Source: Bacteroidia bacterium (lineage in GTDB: Bacteria; Bacteroidota; Bacteroidia; NS11-12g; UBA955). From it: 64,000 nucleotides of DNA. The stretch covers positions 10,439 through 74,438 of the forward strand of contig JAOASJ010000119.1 of NCBI GenBank assembly GCA_030158725.1, given 5' to 3'. Position 1 is the stretch's first letter, and each line of letters begins with the position of its first letter. Of this stretch, positions 10,285 to 19,582 are shown piece by piece. Under the pieces are notes generated by a model. The model saw nothing but the letters and a program-made list of their open reading frames with translations, did not search any database and had not been told where the DNA came from. The position numbers and the translations under genes are program-made.

Positions 10285-10888
10285 CTATAATTTGCTGGCA
10301 ATTTACACATAATTTTCTATTTGCACCTTCAATACTGCTCATTTTGCCTTTTGCATCAACCATAAGGCAAATGGTGTCTTGGCAATGTACAAGTCCAAGA
10401 TTGTGACCTAATTCATGAAGTACCACATTTTTCAATCTCGTATAATAGCCTGGCTTTATGTCTTTTTTTAAACGAAAACTTGATGCTATGCAAGAGTTCC
10501 CTGGGCAATAACCAAACCCAAATACACCCCAGTCATTTGCATTGTGAATAGAAACAGAAATGTCTTTTGCACACAAACCTAATACTAGGTTTTCACTATG
10601 CTTTTTGCAAGAGTTTAAATATCTGATTAAGCTATCGGCACGGAATCTGTTTCTAGGTTTGTAATAACTAGAAATTGGCATTTGTTTAGATTCACTTGAA
10701 ACGGTTTTTATACCGTAAAACTTTTGGATATCTAGTTTTAGAGATTTTAAAATGGAGGAGTCGAAGTCTTCAAAAAGGACAATCTCCAAATTTGTATTTG
10801 GAGAGATTTTTTTCTTATTTGAACACGAATTCGTTAACAACAGAAGGCAAATAAATCCAATAGCTCTCATTGTTGAAATGGATGCCAT
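10274..10888 (-). CDS. Archaemetzincin-like (M54) zinc metalloprotease, probable lipoprotein
   Basis: HELGHNLGLVH-C-x4-CLM zinc site with Met-turn, C-terminal CVNC; lipobox LTNSC. Start may be Met7 (10870). Confidence 0.8.
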   Translation of the reverse strand: MASISTMRAIGFICLLLLTNSCSNKKKISPNTNLEIVLFEDFDSSILKSLKLDIQKFYGIKTVSSESKQMPISSYYKPRNRFRADSLIRYLNSCKKHSENLVLGLCAKDISVSIHNANDWGVFGFGYCPGNSCIASSFRLKKDIKPGYYTRLKNVVLHELGHNLGLVHCQDTICLMVDAKGKMSSIEGANRKLCVNCQQIIDGK

Positions 10889-10908
10889 TAATTGGTATTT
10901 ATTTAACT

Positions 10909-11550
10909 TTATACGTTGTATGCTTTAAGCATCATCTTAACAATAGTCTCTTTCTTGATATTGTATTGCTCAAGAAACTGAGATTGATTAGAAATATTTC
11001 TTACCAATAAGGCAGATAATCCAACTGCATTAACTAAATCTAAAACTAGTTCTGCAAAGTTGTCATGTTCAGAATTGGTTTTGCTCTTATTAATTTTTGA
11101 CAAAATGCCTTTAATGAAGTTGATTTCTAATTTCTTATATGGAGCATATATTTCTTCAAAAGTATTGTTAAGGTCCAATATGTTTTCACTAGAAAGACTA
11201 GTTAATTTAATCAAATTGGTATAAACTTGAGTTCTATTCCAAAGGTATTTTAAGATTTTAGCTTCATCATCTGGCATATCTAAAATGTCAGATTGTAATT
11301 TGTCTAATCCTATAGTAAGTTGGTTATTAACTACTTGAACAAAAAGTTCTTCCTTGTTTTTGAAATAATAATATAATGCAGCTTTGTTAAAACCTATTGA
11401 ATCACCGATTTCATCTAAAGTAGTTTTGTTGAAACCAAATTTTATAAAACACTCTGTAGATTTTTCTAGTATTTCTTTTCTTCTGGAGTCATTAGTTGAT
11501 GGCCTTCCAGGTTTTCTTTTTATGATTTTGCTTTCTGTTGGAGTTTCCAT
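10909..11550 (-). CDS. TetR/AcrR-family transcriptional regulator
   Basis: KPGRP...ILE...F...GF..TTLDEIG..IG..KAALYYYF.NKEELF helix-turn-helix. Start moved to ATG 11550. Confidence 0.9.
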   Translation of the reverse strand: METPTESKIIKRKPGRPSTNDSRRKEILEKSTECFIKFGFNKTTLDEIGDSIGFNKAALYYYFKNKEELFVQVVNNQLTIGLDKLQSDILDMPDDEAKILKYLWNRTQVYTNLIKLTSLSSENILDLNNTFEEIYAPYKKLEINFIKGILSKINKSKTNSEHDNFAELVLDLVNAVGLSALLVRNISNQSQFLEQYNIKKETIVKMMLKAYNV

Positions 11551-11686
11551 TTCGACTACTATTATCAAATTTTATGCCATTTATTGCTAAATTTAAAGAT
11601 AATCTTAAAAAAAATATAAATAAAAATCAAATTGTTTATGGTTTTTATGTTTACTTTGCAACAGCAATAATTACTTAATTCAAGAA

Positions 11687-12712
11687 ATGGGATGGTTTAA
11701 TTTTTTCACACAGGAACTTGCAATAGACTTAGGAACTGCAAACACATTAATCATTCATAAAGACCAAGTAGTTGTGGACGAGCCCTCAATAATTGCGATT
11801 GAGCGCAGCACCGGCAAGGTGATTGCTATCGGGCACGAAGCGATGCAGATGTTTGGAAAAGAAAATGACAACATCAAAACAATTCGTCCTTTGAAGGATG
11901 GAGTTATCGCGGATTTTCAAGCTGCAGAACACATGATTCGCGGCATGATTAAAAAAATCAACAAAAATGGAAGTACTTTCTCACCTCAGTTAAGAATGGT
12001 AATTTGTATTCCTTCTGGAATCACTGAAGTAGAGAAAAGAGCTGTAAAAGATAGTGCAGATAGAGCCGGTGGTAAAGAAGTGTACATGATACACGAACCA
12101 ATGGCAGCAGCTGTAGGGATTGGGATAGACGTAACTGAGCCTATGGGCAACATGGTTATTGATATTGGAGGAGGAACCAGTGAAATCGCTGTTATCGCTT
12201 TAGGTGGTATTGTTTGTGATCAATCAATTCGTGTTGCAGGAGATGAGTTCAATATGGACATTTCTGAATACATGAAACGCCAGCACAACCTTTTGTGCGG
12301 TGAAAGAACTGCTGAAAAAATTAAAATCAATGTTGGTTCTGCTTTGACAGAACTAGACAATCCGCCTGAGGATTATGCTGTATATGGCAGAGATTTAATG
12401 ACAGGTATTCCAAAACAAGTTTTTGTATCTTATTCTGAAATTGCCCTATCTTTAGATAAGTCTATTGTAAAACTTGAAGAAGCAATTTTAAAAGCTTTAG
12501 AAAATACACCACCGGAATTAGCCGCTGATATTTACCAAACTGGCATTTACTTAACGGGTGGTGGTGCTCTATTAAGAGGATTAGATAAACGTTTAGCTGC
12601 AAAAACAAAATTACCTGTTCATATTGCAGAAGATCCATTAAGAGCAGTTGTAAGGGGTACTGGAATTGCCCTGAAGAACATCGGTAAATTTAAATTTTTA
12701 ATGAATTCTTGA
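11687..12712 (+). CDS. mreB: Rod shape-determining protein MreB
   Basis: AIDLGTANT, EPMAAAVG, DIGGGT, LTGGGALLRG. Confidence 0.97.
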   Translation: MGWFNFFTQELAIDLGTANTLIIHKDQVVVDEPSIIAIERSTGKVIAIGHEAMQMFGKENDNIKTIRPLKDGVIADFQAAEHMIRGMIKKINKNGSTFSPQLRMVICIPSGITEVEKRAVKDSADRAGGKEVYMIHEPMAAAVGIGIDVTEPMGNMVIDIGGGTSEIAVIALGGIVCDQSIRVAGDEFNMDISEYMKRQHNLLCGERTAEKIKINVGSALTELDNPPEDYAVYGRDLMTGIPKQVFVSYSEIALSLDKSIVKLEEAILKALENTPPELAADIYQTGIYLTGGGALLRGLDKRLAAKTKLPVHIAEDPLRAVVRGTGIALKNIGKFKFLMNS

Positions 12713-12715
12713 TAG

Positions 12716-13567
12716 ATGAATTCTATATTCAAGTACCTTAAGAGCAAGCTTCATGTCTTGTTATTTTTATTACTTGAAATCTTAAGTATTATTGCCATTA
12801 TTAGGTTTAATACGTATCAAACAGCTTTTTATTACAGCAATACTAGAAAGTTAAGTTTATCGCTTCACGAGGCCAACAGCTCTATATTTGATTATTTTGG
12901 CTTGTTTACAAAGAATCAAGCTTTGTACAACGAGAATATCGATTTAAGAAGAAAACTTCGCTCAAACTATGTAGTTGAATCAAAGAAGATTTTTGAAATC
13001 AACGATACAGTTTTCAAACAGCGATATAAGTACTTTCCAGCTCAGGTAATAACCAACTCAACCAATAGACAGAATAATTTTATCACTATCAATAGAGGCA
13101 AAAGTTCAGGTATTGAGAAAGGTATGGGTGTCTTTTGTCCTGAGGGGGTAGTAGGAACCATAGTAGAAGTTTCGGACAATTATTCCATAGCTGTTTCAGT
13201 CTTAAACACAGAAGGGTTTAAAGTAGTTCCTAAAATAAAGGAACTTAATGACACAAAAGGTACTGTGATTTGGAATGGCAAAGACCCCAATTATTTAAAT
13301 TTAGAGAACATCAATAAATATGAGCCATTAAAAGTTGGATTTCATATTGTGACGAGTCCTTATTCAAAGAATTTTCCAGAAAATATACCTATTGGGGTAA
13401 TTGAAAGTTTAAAGTCTAGAACCACTGAAACCTTTTACGATATTAAAGTTAAATCAGCTGTGAATTTTGGTAAAATTCAAACAGTTTATATTGTTATTGA
13501 TTTATTCAAAGACGAAATAGAAAAGTTAGAAGCTGAGTTAAACAAAAAGAACTTGAATGTAAAATGA
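12716..13567 (+). CDS. mreC: Rod shape-determining protein MreC
   Basis: N-terminal TM plus coiled coil, TINRGKSSGI..GMGV, VTS..S..FP..IPIG; operon position. Confidence 0.9.
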   Translation: MNSIFKYLKSKLHVLLFLLLEILSIIAIIRFNTYQTAFYYSNTRKLSLSLHEANSSIFDYFGLFTKNQALYNENIDLRRKLRSNYVVESKKIFEINDTVFKQRYKYFPAQVITNSTNRQNNFITINRGKSSGIEKGMGVFCPEGVVGTIVEVSDNYSIAVSVLNTEGFKVVPKIKELNDTKGTVIWNGKDPNYLNLENINKYEPLKVGFHIVTSPYSKNFPENIPIGVIESLKSRTTETFYDIKVKSAVNFGKIQTVYIVIDLFKDEIEKLEAELNKKNLNVK

Positions 13568-14094
13568 TACTGTCAATACTGAAATATTTAGGATTGTTTT
13601 TTTTAATTGTAATTGTGCAATTGTTTATTCTCAATAATATATTCATTGGCAATTATTATGGATTTTTATTTCAGCCACAACTTATTGTAATGTTTGTGCT
13701 TTTATTGCCTTCGTCCATGCAACATTCCTGGTTGATTTTAATCTCATTTTTATCAGGTTTCTTGTTTGATGTGTTTTTTCAATCTTGGGGAATACACGCA
13801 GCAGTGAGTACTTTAATTGGATTCTCTAGATTCTATGCTACAAGAGATTTAGAGAACGTAATAGGCGCCCGTGACGAGGACAACCAGATATGGACTTCAA
13901 AAAAAGGACAGGTTTGGAAATGGACTTATTTTCTAACATTTACAGCCATTTATCATTTTTTATTTTTACTCATTGAATCGCACGGCCATAATTTCTTCAC
14001 ACGTTTGTTGCCGTCTTTTGTGTGCAGCACATTTATAGCATTTGCTTTGATACTATTGCTAGAGAACTTGATTTATAAACCAGCAAGAAACTAG
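13564..14094 (+). CDS. mreD: Rod shape-determining protein MreD
   Basis: Hydrophobic 176-aa protein with SF..G...D.F....GIHA; lies between mreC and mrdA. Confidence 0.8.
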   Translation: MILSILKYLGLFFLIVIVQLFILNNIFIGNYYGFLFQPQLIVMFVLLLPSSMQHSWLILISFLSGFLFDVFFQSWGIHAAVSTLIGFSRFYATRDLENVIGARDEDNQIWTSKKGQVWKWTYFLTFTAIYHFLFLLIESHGHNFFTRLLPSFVCSTFIAFALILLLENLIYKPARN

Positions 14095-14097
14095 GTT

Positions 14098-15960
14098 ATG
14101 GAAAAAAGCAATAGGCTGTATGTTTTTATTGGGATTTTGGTCCTTATAGGAATTATTTTTATAAGCAGGCTGTTTTATTTGCAAATCATTGATACTTCTA
14201 ATTATTATAAGGCCCAAGCTTACGGATCTAATGAAATAACGATTTATCCAGCAAGGGGAACTATTGTTGATCGTTATGGGAAACTCATGGTTTATAATGA
14301 TGCTGTTTATGATTTAATGGTTGTTCCACAAAAGGCCAAAGATTTTGATAAAGTTGCACTTTGTAATGAGTTAATGCTTGATACCGTTGAATTTAATAAA
14401 AGGTTAAAAAAGGCTACAAAATACAATCCAAGAGAAGCTTCCGTTATTTATAAAAATTTGCCTTTTCATCTTTATACAAGATTACAAGAAATCATTTATC
14501 AATTTCCAGCGTTTTATATAGAAACAAAGATTGACCGACGCTATAATATTAATGGTGCCGCGCATTTGCTGGGATATATGGGTGAGGTCACGGAGAAACA
14601 ATTGACACTTGATAAGTACTATAAACCAGGAGATATCAAAGGAATTACTGGTTTAGAAAAGTCATATGAGATTTACCTACGTGGAAAGAAAGGTAAAAAG
14701 GTTGTATTAGTAGATAAGTTCAGCAAGCAACAAGGTAGTTTTGCTGGAGGAAAATTTGACAGTTTGCCATCAGCAGGTCAGAATGTTATATCAGCGATAG
14801 ACTTAGATCTTCAGGTCTTTGGCGAACAGCTATTGGCGAATAAAATAGGTTCTATCGTCGCAATAGAACCATCAACTGGTGAAGTGTTAAGTATTGTTAA
14901 TAGTCCGAATTATGACCCTAACTTACTGGTTGGACAAAGACGTAATAAAAACTTTGCTTCTTTGTTGTTAGATCCTTCTAAACCTTTGTTTAATCGTGCC
15001 TTGAAAGCACCTTACCCTCCTGGTTCAACATTTAAAACAGTGCAAGCCTTAATTGGTATGCAAGAAGGTGTTTTAACGCCAGATACTAAATACCCTTGCC
15101 ATGGTGGTTACCATATGGGTTCAATAACTGTTGGATGCCATGCACATGGCTCTCCATTGGACTTGAAAAACAGTATTACGAAAAGTTGTAATGCATATTA
15201 TTGTTATGTTTACAGAAGTATACTAGACAATCCAAGATACAATTCAGTTCAAGATGCCTATGTTAAATGGACACAGTATTTAAATAGTTTTGGTATTGGG
15301 GTTAACACAGGAATAGATTTGCCTGAGGAGTCGAGAGGAATTGTTAAAAAACCATCTTGGTTTGAGCATGAATTTGGCAAAAACTGGCGTTCATCCAATG
15401 TCGTTTCCATGTCTATAGGGCAAGGTCAAATAGGATTAACGCCTTTGCAAATGGCCAATATTGCTGCCATTATTGCAAATAGAGGATATTATTACACCCC
15501 GCATGTTGTCAGATCAATTGGGGATCAACATTTTGTGCCGCCAAGTTTCAAACAAAGGCATTATACAATGGTTAATTCTATGTATTTTGATACAATAATA
15601 GCAGGAATGGCAAATGTTTGTTCACCTGGTGGTACAGCAAGCAGAACAGGGATACCTGGAATAAGTATTTGTGCTAAAACAGGAACTGCACAAAACCCTC
15701 ATGGCAAGGACCACTCAATATTTATTGCATTTGCTCCTAGAGATAATCCTAAGATTGCAATTTGTGTTATTGTTGAAAATGGAGGATTTGGTGCCGATTA
15801 TGCTGCGCCCATTGCGAATTTAATGATTGAACGTTATTTGGCTAAAGATAGAACTGTGCCAACACAGAAACCAGATATGCTTGATAGGATGATGAAAGCC
15901 AACTTGACAGGTAAGACGAGTACAGTTAAAGACTCAGTAATTATTGCAAAACCAAACTAA
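14098..15960 (+). CDS. mrdA: Penicillin-binding protein 2
   Basis: RG.I.DR.G, G..GLEK.YE, SxxK (PGSTFK), SxN (KSCN), KTG (AKTGTAQ). Confidence 0.95.
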   Translation: MEKSNRLYVFIGILVLIGIIFISRLFYLQIIDTSNYYKAQAYGSNEITIYPARGTIVDRYGKLMVYNDAVYDLMVVPQKAKDFDKVALCNELMLDTVEFNKRLKKATKYNPREASVIYKNLPFHLYTRLQEIIYQFPAFYIETKIDRRYNINGAAHLLGYMGEVTEKQLTLDKYYKPGDIKGITGLEKSYEIYLRGKKGKKVVLVDKFSKQQGSFAGGKFDSLPSAGQNVISAIDLDLQVFGEQLLANKIGSIVAIEPSTGEVLSIVNSPNYDPNLLVGQRRNKNFASLLLDPSKPLFNRALKAPYPPGSTFKTVQALIGMQEGVLTPDTKYPCHGGYHMGSITVGCHAHGSPLDLKNSITKSCNAYYCYVYRSILDNPRYNSVQDAYVKWTQYLNSFGIGVNTGIDLPEESRGIVKKPSWFEHEFGKNWRSSNVVSMSIGQGQIGLTPLQMANIAAIIANRGYYYTPHVVRSIGDQHFVPPSFKQRHYTMVNSMYFDTIIAGMANVCSPGGTASRTGIPGISICAKTGTAQNPHGKDHSIFIAFAPRDNPKIAICVIVENGGFGADYAAPIANLMIERYLAKDRTVPTQKPDMLDRMMKANLTGKTSTVKDSVIIAKPN

Positions 15961-15963
15961 GTA

Positions 15964-17301
15964 ATGGAAGAGAAACTACATATAGATTGGTTGAGCGTTA
16001 TACTGTATATTCTTATTGTCTTATTTGGGGCAATAAATATCTACTCTGCCAATAGTGGTGTAGATGAAGTCTTGAAACTAGATTTCTCTAAAGAATATGG
16101 TAAGCAAATTTTGTTTATCGGTATAAGTGCCATCATTGTATTCTTAATTCTATTAACTGACTATAAATTCTTTAATTTCTCAGCTTATGGGATTTACATT
16201 GTTGTGATAGGTTTGTTGTTGGTTTTATTGGCCACTGGTTCGTTCAATAAAGGAGCACAAGCTTGGTTTAAAATAGGTTCGTTTAAACTACAACCGAGTG
16301 AATTCGCAAAATATGCTACAGCACTTGCCTTAGCTAAATTCTTGGGCACATTCGATGTTAAATTTGAAGGGAAAAGAAATATACTAATAAGCTTTGGTAT
16401 CATATTGTTTCCAATGTTGCTGACACTTTTGCAAAATGATACAGGATCTGCTTTGGTTTTTGGTTGTTTTGTTTTGGTTTTATTTAGAGAAGGTCTATCT
16501 GGTTGGTGGTTAATTTTAGGGGTTTACTTGCTGACGATATTTGTAATTACCATACTGCTACCGTCTATTCAAATTATCATTGCCTTATTAATTATTTGCG
16601 GCTTATTTACATATTTTAACCGTGCTAGAAAACAGCTTGTTTTTTTAGCATTAACGGTGTTTTTAGCTTCCAGTTTTTATGTGCTTAGTTTGGATTTTGT
16701 GTTTGCGAAAATCTTGAAGCCCCATCAACAACAAAGGATATTGGTTACATTAAACCAGGATGTAGATGAGTATTATGCCAAGAAATCTAAAGGATTTAGT
16801 ATTTTTAAATTTGAGAAATCTAAAGAAAAAGACAAGTCTGAATCTAAACGAGACTATAGCTATAATGTCAGACAATCAAAAATTAGTATAGGTGCAGGTA
16901 GGTGGGTTGGAAATGGTTTTAACAATGGAACCCAAACAAAGGCTAAGTTAGTGCCAGAGCAACACACAGATTTTATATTTTGTACGGTTGGAGAAGAGTA
17001 CGGCTTTGTTGGTTCAACCTTATTTATTGCAATTTATTTGTTGCTAATTGGTAGGATATATTACTTGGCAGAGCGCCAAAAAAATGTGTTTAGCAGGGTG
17101 TTTGGATACAGCACTGCTTCAATCTTGTTTTTTCACTTTTTTGTGAATATTGGTATGGCAATTGGGATTTTGCCGGTAATAGGAATTCCACTTCCTTTTA
17201 TGAGCTATGGAGGGTCTTCATTAATCAGTTTTAGTATGCTGTTGTTTACATTTCTAAAACTAGATGCTAATAGAATTAATGAGATTTCGAGATTAAACTA
17301 A
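15964..17301 (+). CDS. rodA: Rod shape-determining SEDS glycosyltransferase RodA
   Basis: QPSEFAK, QNDTGSAL, PEQHTDFIF, GIPLPFMSYGGSS; last gene of the mre operon. Confidence 0.93.
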   Translation: MEEKLHIDWLSVILYILIVLFGAINIYSANSGVDEVLKLDFSKEYGKQILFIGISAIIVFLILLTDYKFFNFSAYGIYIVVIGLLLVLLATGSFNKGAQAWFKIGSFKLQPSEFAKYATALALAKFLGTFDVKFEGKRNILISFGIILFPMLLTLLQNDTGSALVFGCFVLVLFREGLSGWWLILGVYLLTIFVITILLPSIQIIIALLIICGLFTYFNRARKQLVFLALTVFLASSFYVLSLDFVFAKILKPHQQQRILVTLNQDVDEYYAKKSKGFSIFKFEKSKEKDKSESKRDYSYNVRQSKISIGAGRWVGNGFNNGTQTKAKLVPEQHTDFIFCTVGEEYGFVGSTLFIAIYLLLIGRIYYLAERQKNVFSRVFGYSTASILFFHFFVNIGMAIGILPVIGIPLPFMSYGGSSLISFSMLLFTFLKLDANRINEISRLN

Positions 17302-17940
17302 ATGACTGGTGTCGTTTCCTTGTATTATATCAAAGTTTTTACCATTAAATTTCAACGTATATAAACACAAGTTGCTATGGTCCCAATTTTCCATTTCTTG
17401 AAGTGGGGTAGCAGTAAGTAAACACAAGAAACTTCTTATCGCTCTACCATGCATGCAAATTAGAATTATATCCTCTTCTGGTGGTTTGTTCATCAGTAGT
17501 TCTAAACCTTTTGCTTGTCTTTGGTACATTTCTAATGGTGTTTCACCACCTTCAACAGATTGATTGAGTATGCCGTTTTTCCAATTGCTTATGGTTTCAT
17601 GGTATAGCTTTACGGTTTCAGGATTTTGAATTTTACCTTCCATAATTCCCCAATTTATCTCATTTAACTCTTCAAGAGATGAATGAGGAACGCCGTCTTC
17701 GATAAAATTATTTACACTTTGTATTGCTCTTTTTAATTGAGAAGTATAAACATGTTTATAGGGAGTGCTTTTGTAAGTTTGATAAAATTTAGAAGCTTGA
17801 AGTAATCCGTTTTCATTTAAATCACTATCAATACCGCTTCCTTGGATGATGTTTTTAAGGTTAAAATCTGTTTGACCATGTCGAATCAAATGAATCGTTT
17901 TTCCTATCTTCGCGTCTTTATCGTTTATTATGAAATCCAT
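17293..17940 (-). CDS. Histidine phosphatase family protein (phosphoglycerate mutase-like)
   Basis: LIRHGQT, SQLKRA, LNEINWG, GGET, HG (CMHGRAIR). Confidence 0.88.
   Translation of the reverse strand: MDFIINDKDAKIGKTIHLIRHGQTDFNLKNIIQGSGIDSDLNENGLLQASKFYQTYKSTPYKHVYTSQLKRAIQSVNNFIEDGVPHSSLEELNEINWGIMEGKIQNPETVKLYHETISNWKNGILNQSVEGGETPLEMYQRQAKGLELLMNKPPEEDIILICMHGRAIRSFLCLLTATPLQEMENWDHSNLCLYTLKFNGKNFDIIQGNDTSHLV
17905..17912 (+). promoter_or_regulatory. -7 element variant (TATCTTCG) for menI-menF, inside the phosphatase CDS
   Basis: TAnnTTCG 17 nt before ATG 17930; there is no intergenic DNA. Confidence 0.5.
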
Positions 17941-18364
17941 CTTTTATGAGCCTGCAAATATAGAACTTGCTTCGCTTAATGACTATTGCAAAAATACTAT
18001 GGTTGAATATTTGGGCATAGAGTTTATCGAATTGGGGAGTGATTTTTTAAAAGCGAAAATGCCAGTTAATGAAAGAACTGTACAGCCTCTTAGAATGTTA
18101 AATGGTGGTGCTAGTTTGGCTATGGCAGAATGCGTTGGAAGCATGGCAGCTAACTTGGTGTTTGACCGCAGTAAATTGGTGGCTTTGGGTTTAGACCTGA
18201 ACGGCAACCACATTCGTCCTGTAATGGAAGGAAATTGGGTTTATGCCACTGCCAAACCTTTGCATGTTGGTAATACAACACAGGTATGGGAAATTAAAAT
18301 AGAAAATGAAGAAGGCAAATTGGTTCATATTAGTCGTTTAACCATGGCTGTAATGGCTCGTTAA
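17930..18364 (+). CDS. menI: Hotdog-fold thioesterase (1,4-dihydroxy-2-naphthoyl-CoA hydrolase, MenI/YdiI-like)
   Basis: LGIEF, MPVNERTVQP..MLNGGAS..MAE, GLDLN.NHIRP, G.TTQVW; coupled to isochorismate synthase. Confidence 0.75.
   Translation: MKSIFYEPANIELASLNDYCKNTMVEYLGIEFIELGSDFLKAKMPVNERTVQPLRMLNGGASLAMAECVGSMAANLVFDRSKLVALGLDLNGNHIRPVMEGNWVYATAKPLHVGNTTQVWEIKIENEEGKLVHISRLTMAVMAR
17955..17962 (-). promoter_or_regulatory. -7 element (TATATTTG) for the histidine phosphatase, inside the menI CDS
   Basis: Exact consensus followed by CAG on the minus strand, 14 nt before ATG 17940. Confidence 0.6.
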
Positions 18365-19338
18365 TGGAATTGTCACCTTCTCAAAATATAGTTGTTTTTA
18401 GGCTGCCCAATCAGAAACAAATTCAATTGTTTTGTTCTGGTGAAGGGAAGTCCAAATTTATTTTTGCCCCTTTTTTAAGAGATGCAAAAAAGTTCTCACT
18501 AAATGGAGAACTAGTAAACATTGAAGAGACAGAACTTCAGGGTATTTTTAGTTCCATTGTTTTGCCAAATTCTTCCAATAAACTTTCTACGGGTGACTCA
18601 GCTTATAAGGAACTTGTAGATTTAGCTAAAAATAAAATATCATCAAGCTTATTGGATAAGGTTGTTTTGGCTGGCAAAAAATGGGTAAAGCTAGAAAAGG
18701 AGATTTTAAAAGTATACACCTCGTTACTAGAAAATAGTCCTAGCGGATTTGTATATTTAGCTTCGATAGAAGGTAAGGTAATGGTAGGTGCTAGTCCTGA
18801 ATTATTGTTAGAGCGAAATGCAAATCAATTACAGACTGTTGCTCTGGGTGGCACCGAGACTAGAGGCGTATATTCTGAAAAGGAGGAAATTGAACATCAA
18901 CAAATTAAAGATTATATAGAGAGTATCCTAAGGGAGAGAATGTATAATTTTACTAGCCATGAAACGAGCTCTGTACAAGCTTCTACTGTAGCCCACTTGA
19001 AAACACCTTATTCAATTGAAGCAAAATCATTAGAAGATGATTTAGACTTAATATCTTACCTGCACCCAACTTCAGCTATTTGTGGTTTGCCATATCAAGA
19101 AGCCTTAAATTTTATCAAAGAAAATGAAGGGTTCGACAGAAATTTTTATGCAGGATATTTGGGAGCAATTGATGAAAATAATAACTTTAATTTGTTTGTG
19201 AATCTGCGCTGTGCTGAATTGTATCAAGAGGGTGCGATGCTGTATGCCGGGGCCGGAATCAATGCAATGTCTTCTGCTGAAGATGAATGGTTAGAAATTA
19301 ACAATAAGATGCAGACTATTGCTCAATGCCTGAAATAA
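18364..19338 (+). CDS. menF: Isochorismate synthase (chorismate-binding family)
   Basis: DKVVLA, GASPELL, VALGGT, KE..EH, HL.T, LHPTSAICG.P, R.FYAGYLG, VNLRC, YAGAGI. Confidence 0.85.
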   Translation: MELSPSQNIVVFRLPNQKQIQLFCSGEGKSKFIFAPFLRDAKKFSLNGELVNIEETELQGIFSSIVLPNSSNKLSTGDSAYKELVDLAKNKISSSLLDKVVLAGKKWVKLEKEILKVYTSLLENSPSGFVYLASIEGKVMVGASPELLLERNANQLQTVALGGTETRGVYSEKEEIEHQQIKDYIESILRERMYNFTSHETSSVQASTVAHLKTPYSIEAKSLEDDLDLISYLHPTSAICGLPYQEALNFIKENEGFDRNFYAGYLGAIDENNNFNLFVNLRCAELYQEGAMLYAGAGINAMSSAEDEWLEINNKMQTIAQCLK

Positions 19339-19340
19339 TT

Positions 19341-19348
19341 TACCTTTG
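19341..19348 (+). promoter_or_regulatory. -7 element (TACCTTTG) for the DUF4834 gene
   Basis: Exact consensus 17 nt before TTG 19366. Confidence 0.7.
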
Positions 19349-19365
19349 CATAAATAATTTTTATT

Positions 19366-19572
19366 TTGCTAAAGTTACTATTTAATATCTTCATCATATA
19401 TGCCATTTGGCAGTTTTTGAAAATGTTTTTTGTGGTCAATAAAGCACAAAAGCATTTCAATGATAGAATCAATGATTTAGACAGCCGTGTCGAAAAAAAG
19501 GAAAAACACTTCGAGAAACCAAAAAGTAAGGACTCTGAAGGGGAGTATATAGACTACGAGGAAATTAAATAA
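19366..19572 (+). CDS. DUF4834-like small membrane protein
   Basis: N-terminal TM, basic linker, C-terminal GEYIDYEEIK signature; has its own -7 element. Confidence 0.75.
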   Translation: MLKLLFNIFIIYAIWQFLKMFFVVNKAQKHFNDRINDLDSRVEKKEKHFEKPKSKDSEGEYIDYEEIK

Positions 19573-19582
19573 TTGCTTGAGT

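Noticed and set aside
11592-11610. Imperfect palindrome TTTAAAGAT-A-ATCTTAAAA upstream of the first TetR
   Set aside because: Almost purely A/T with a mismatch in a very AT-rich gap; cannot be distinguished from chance.
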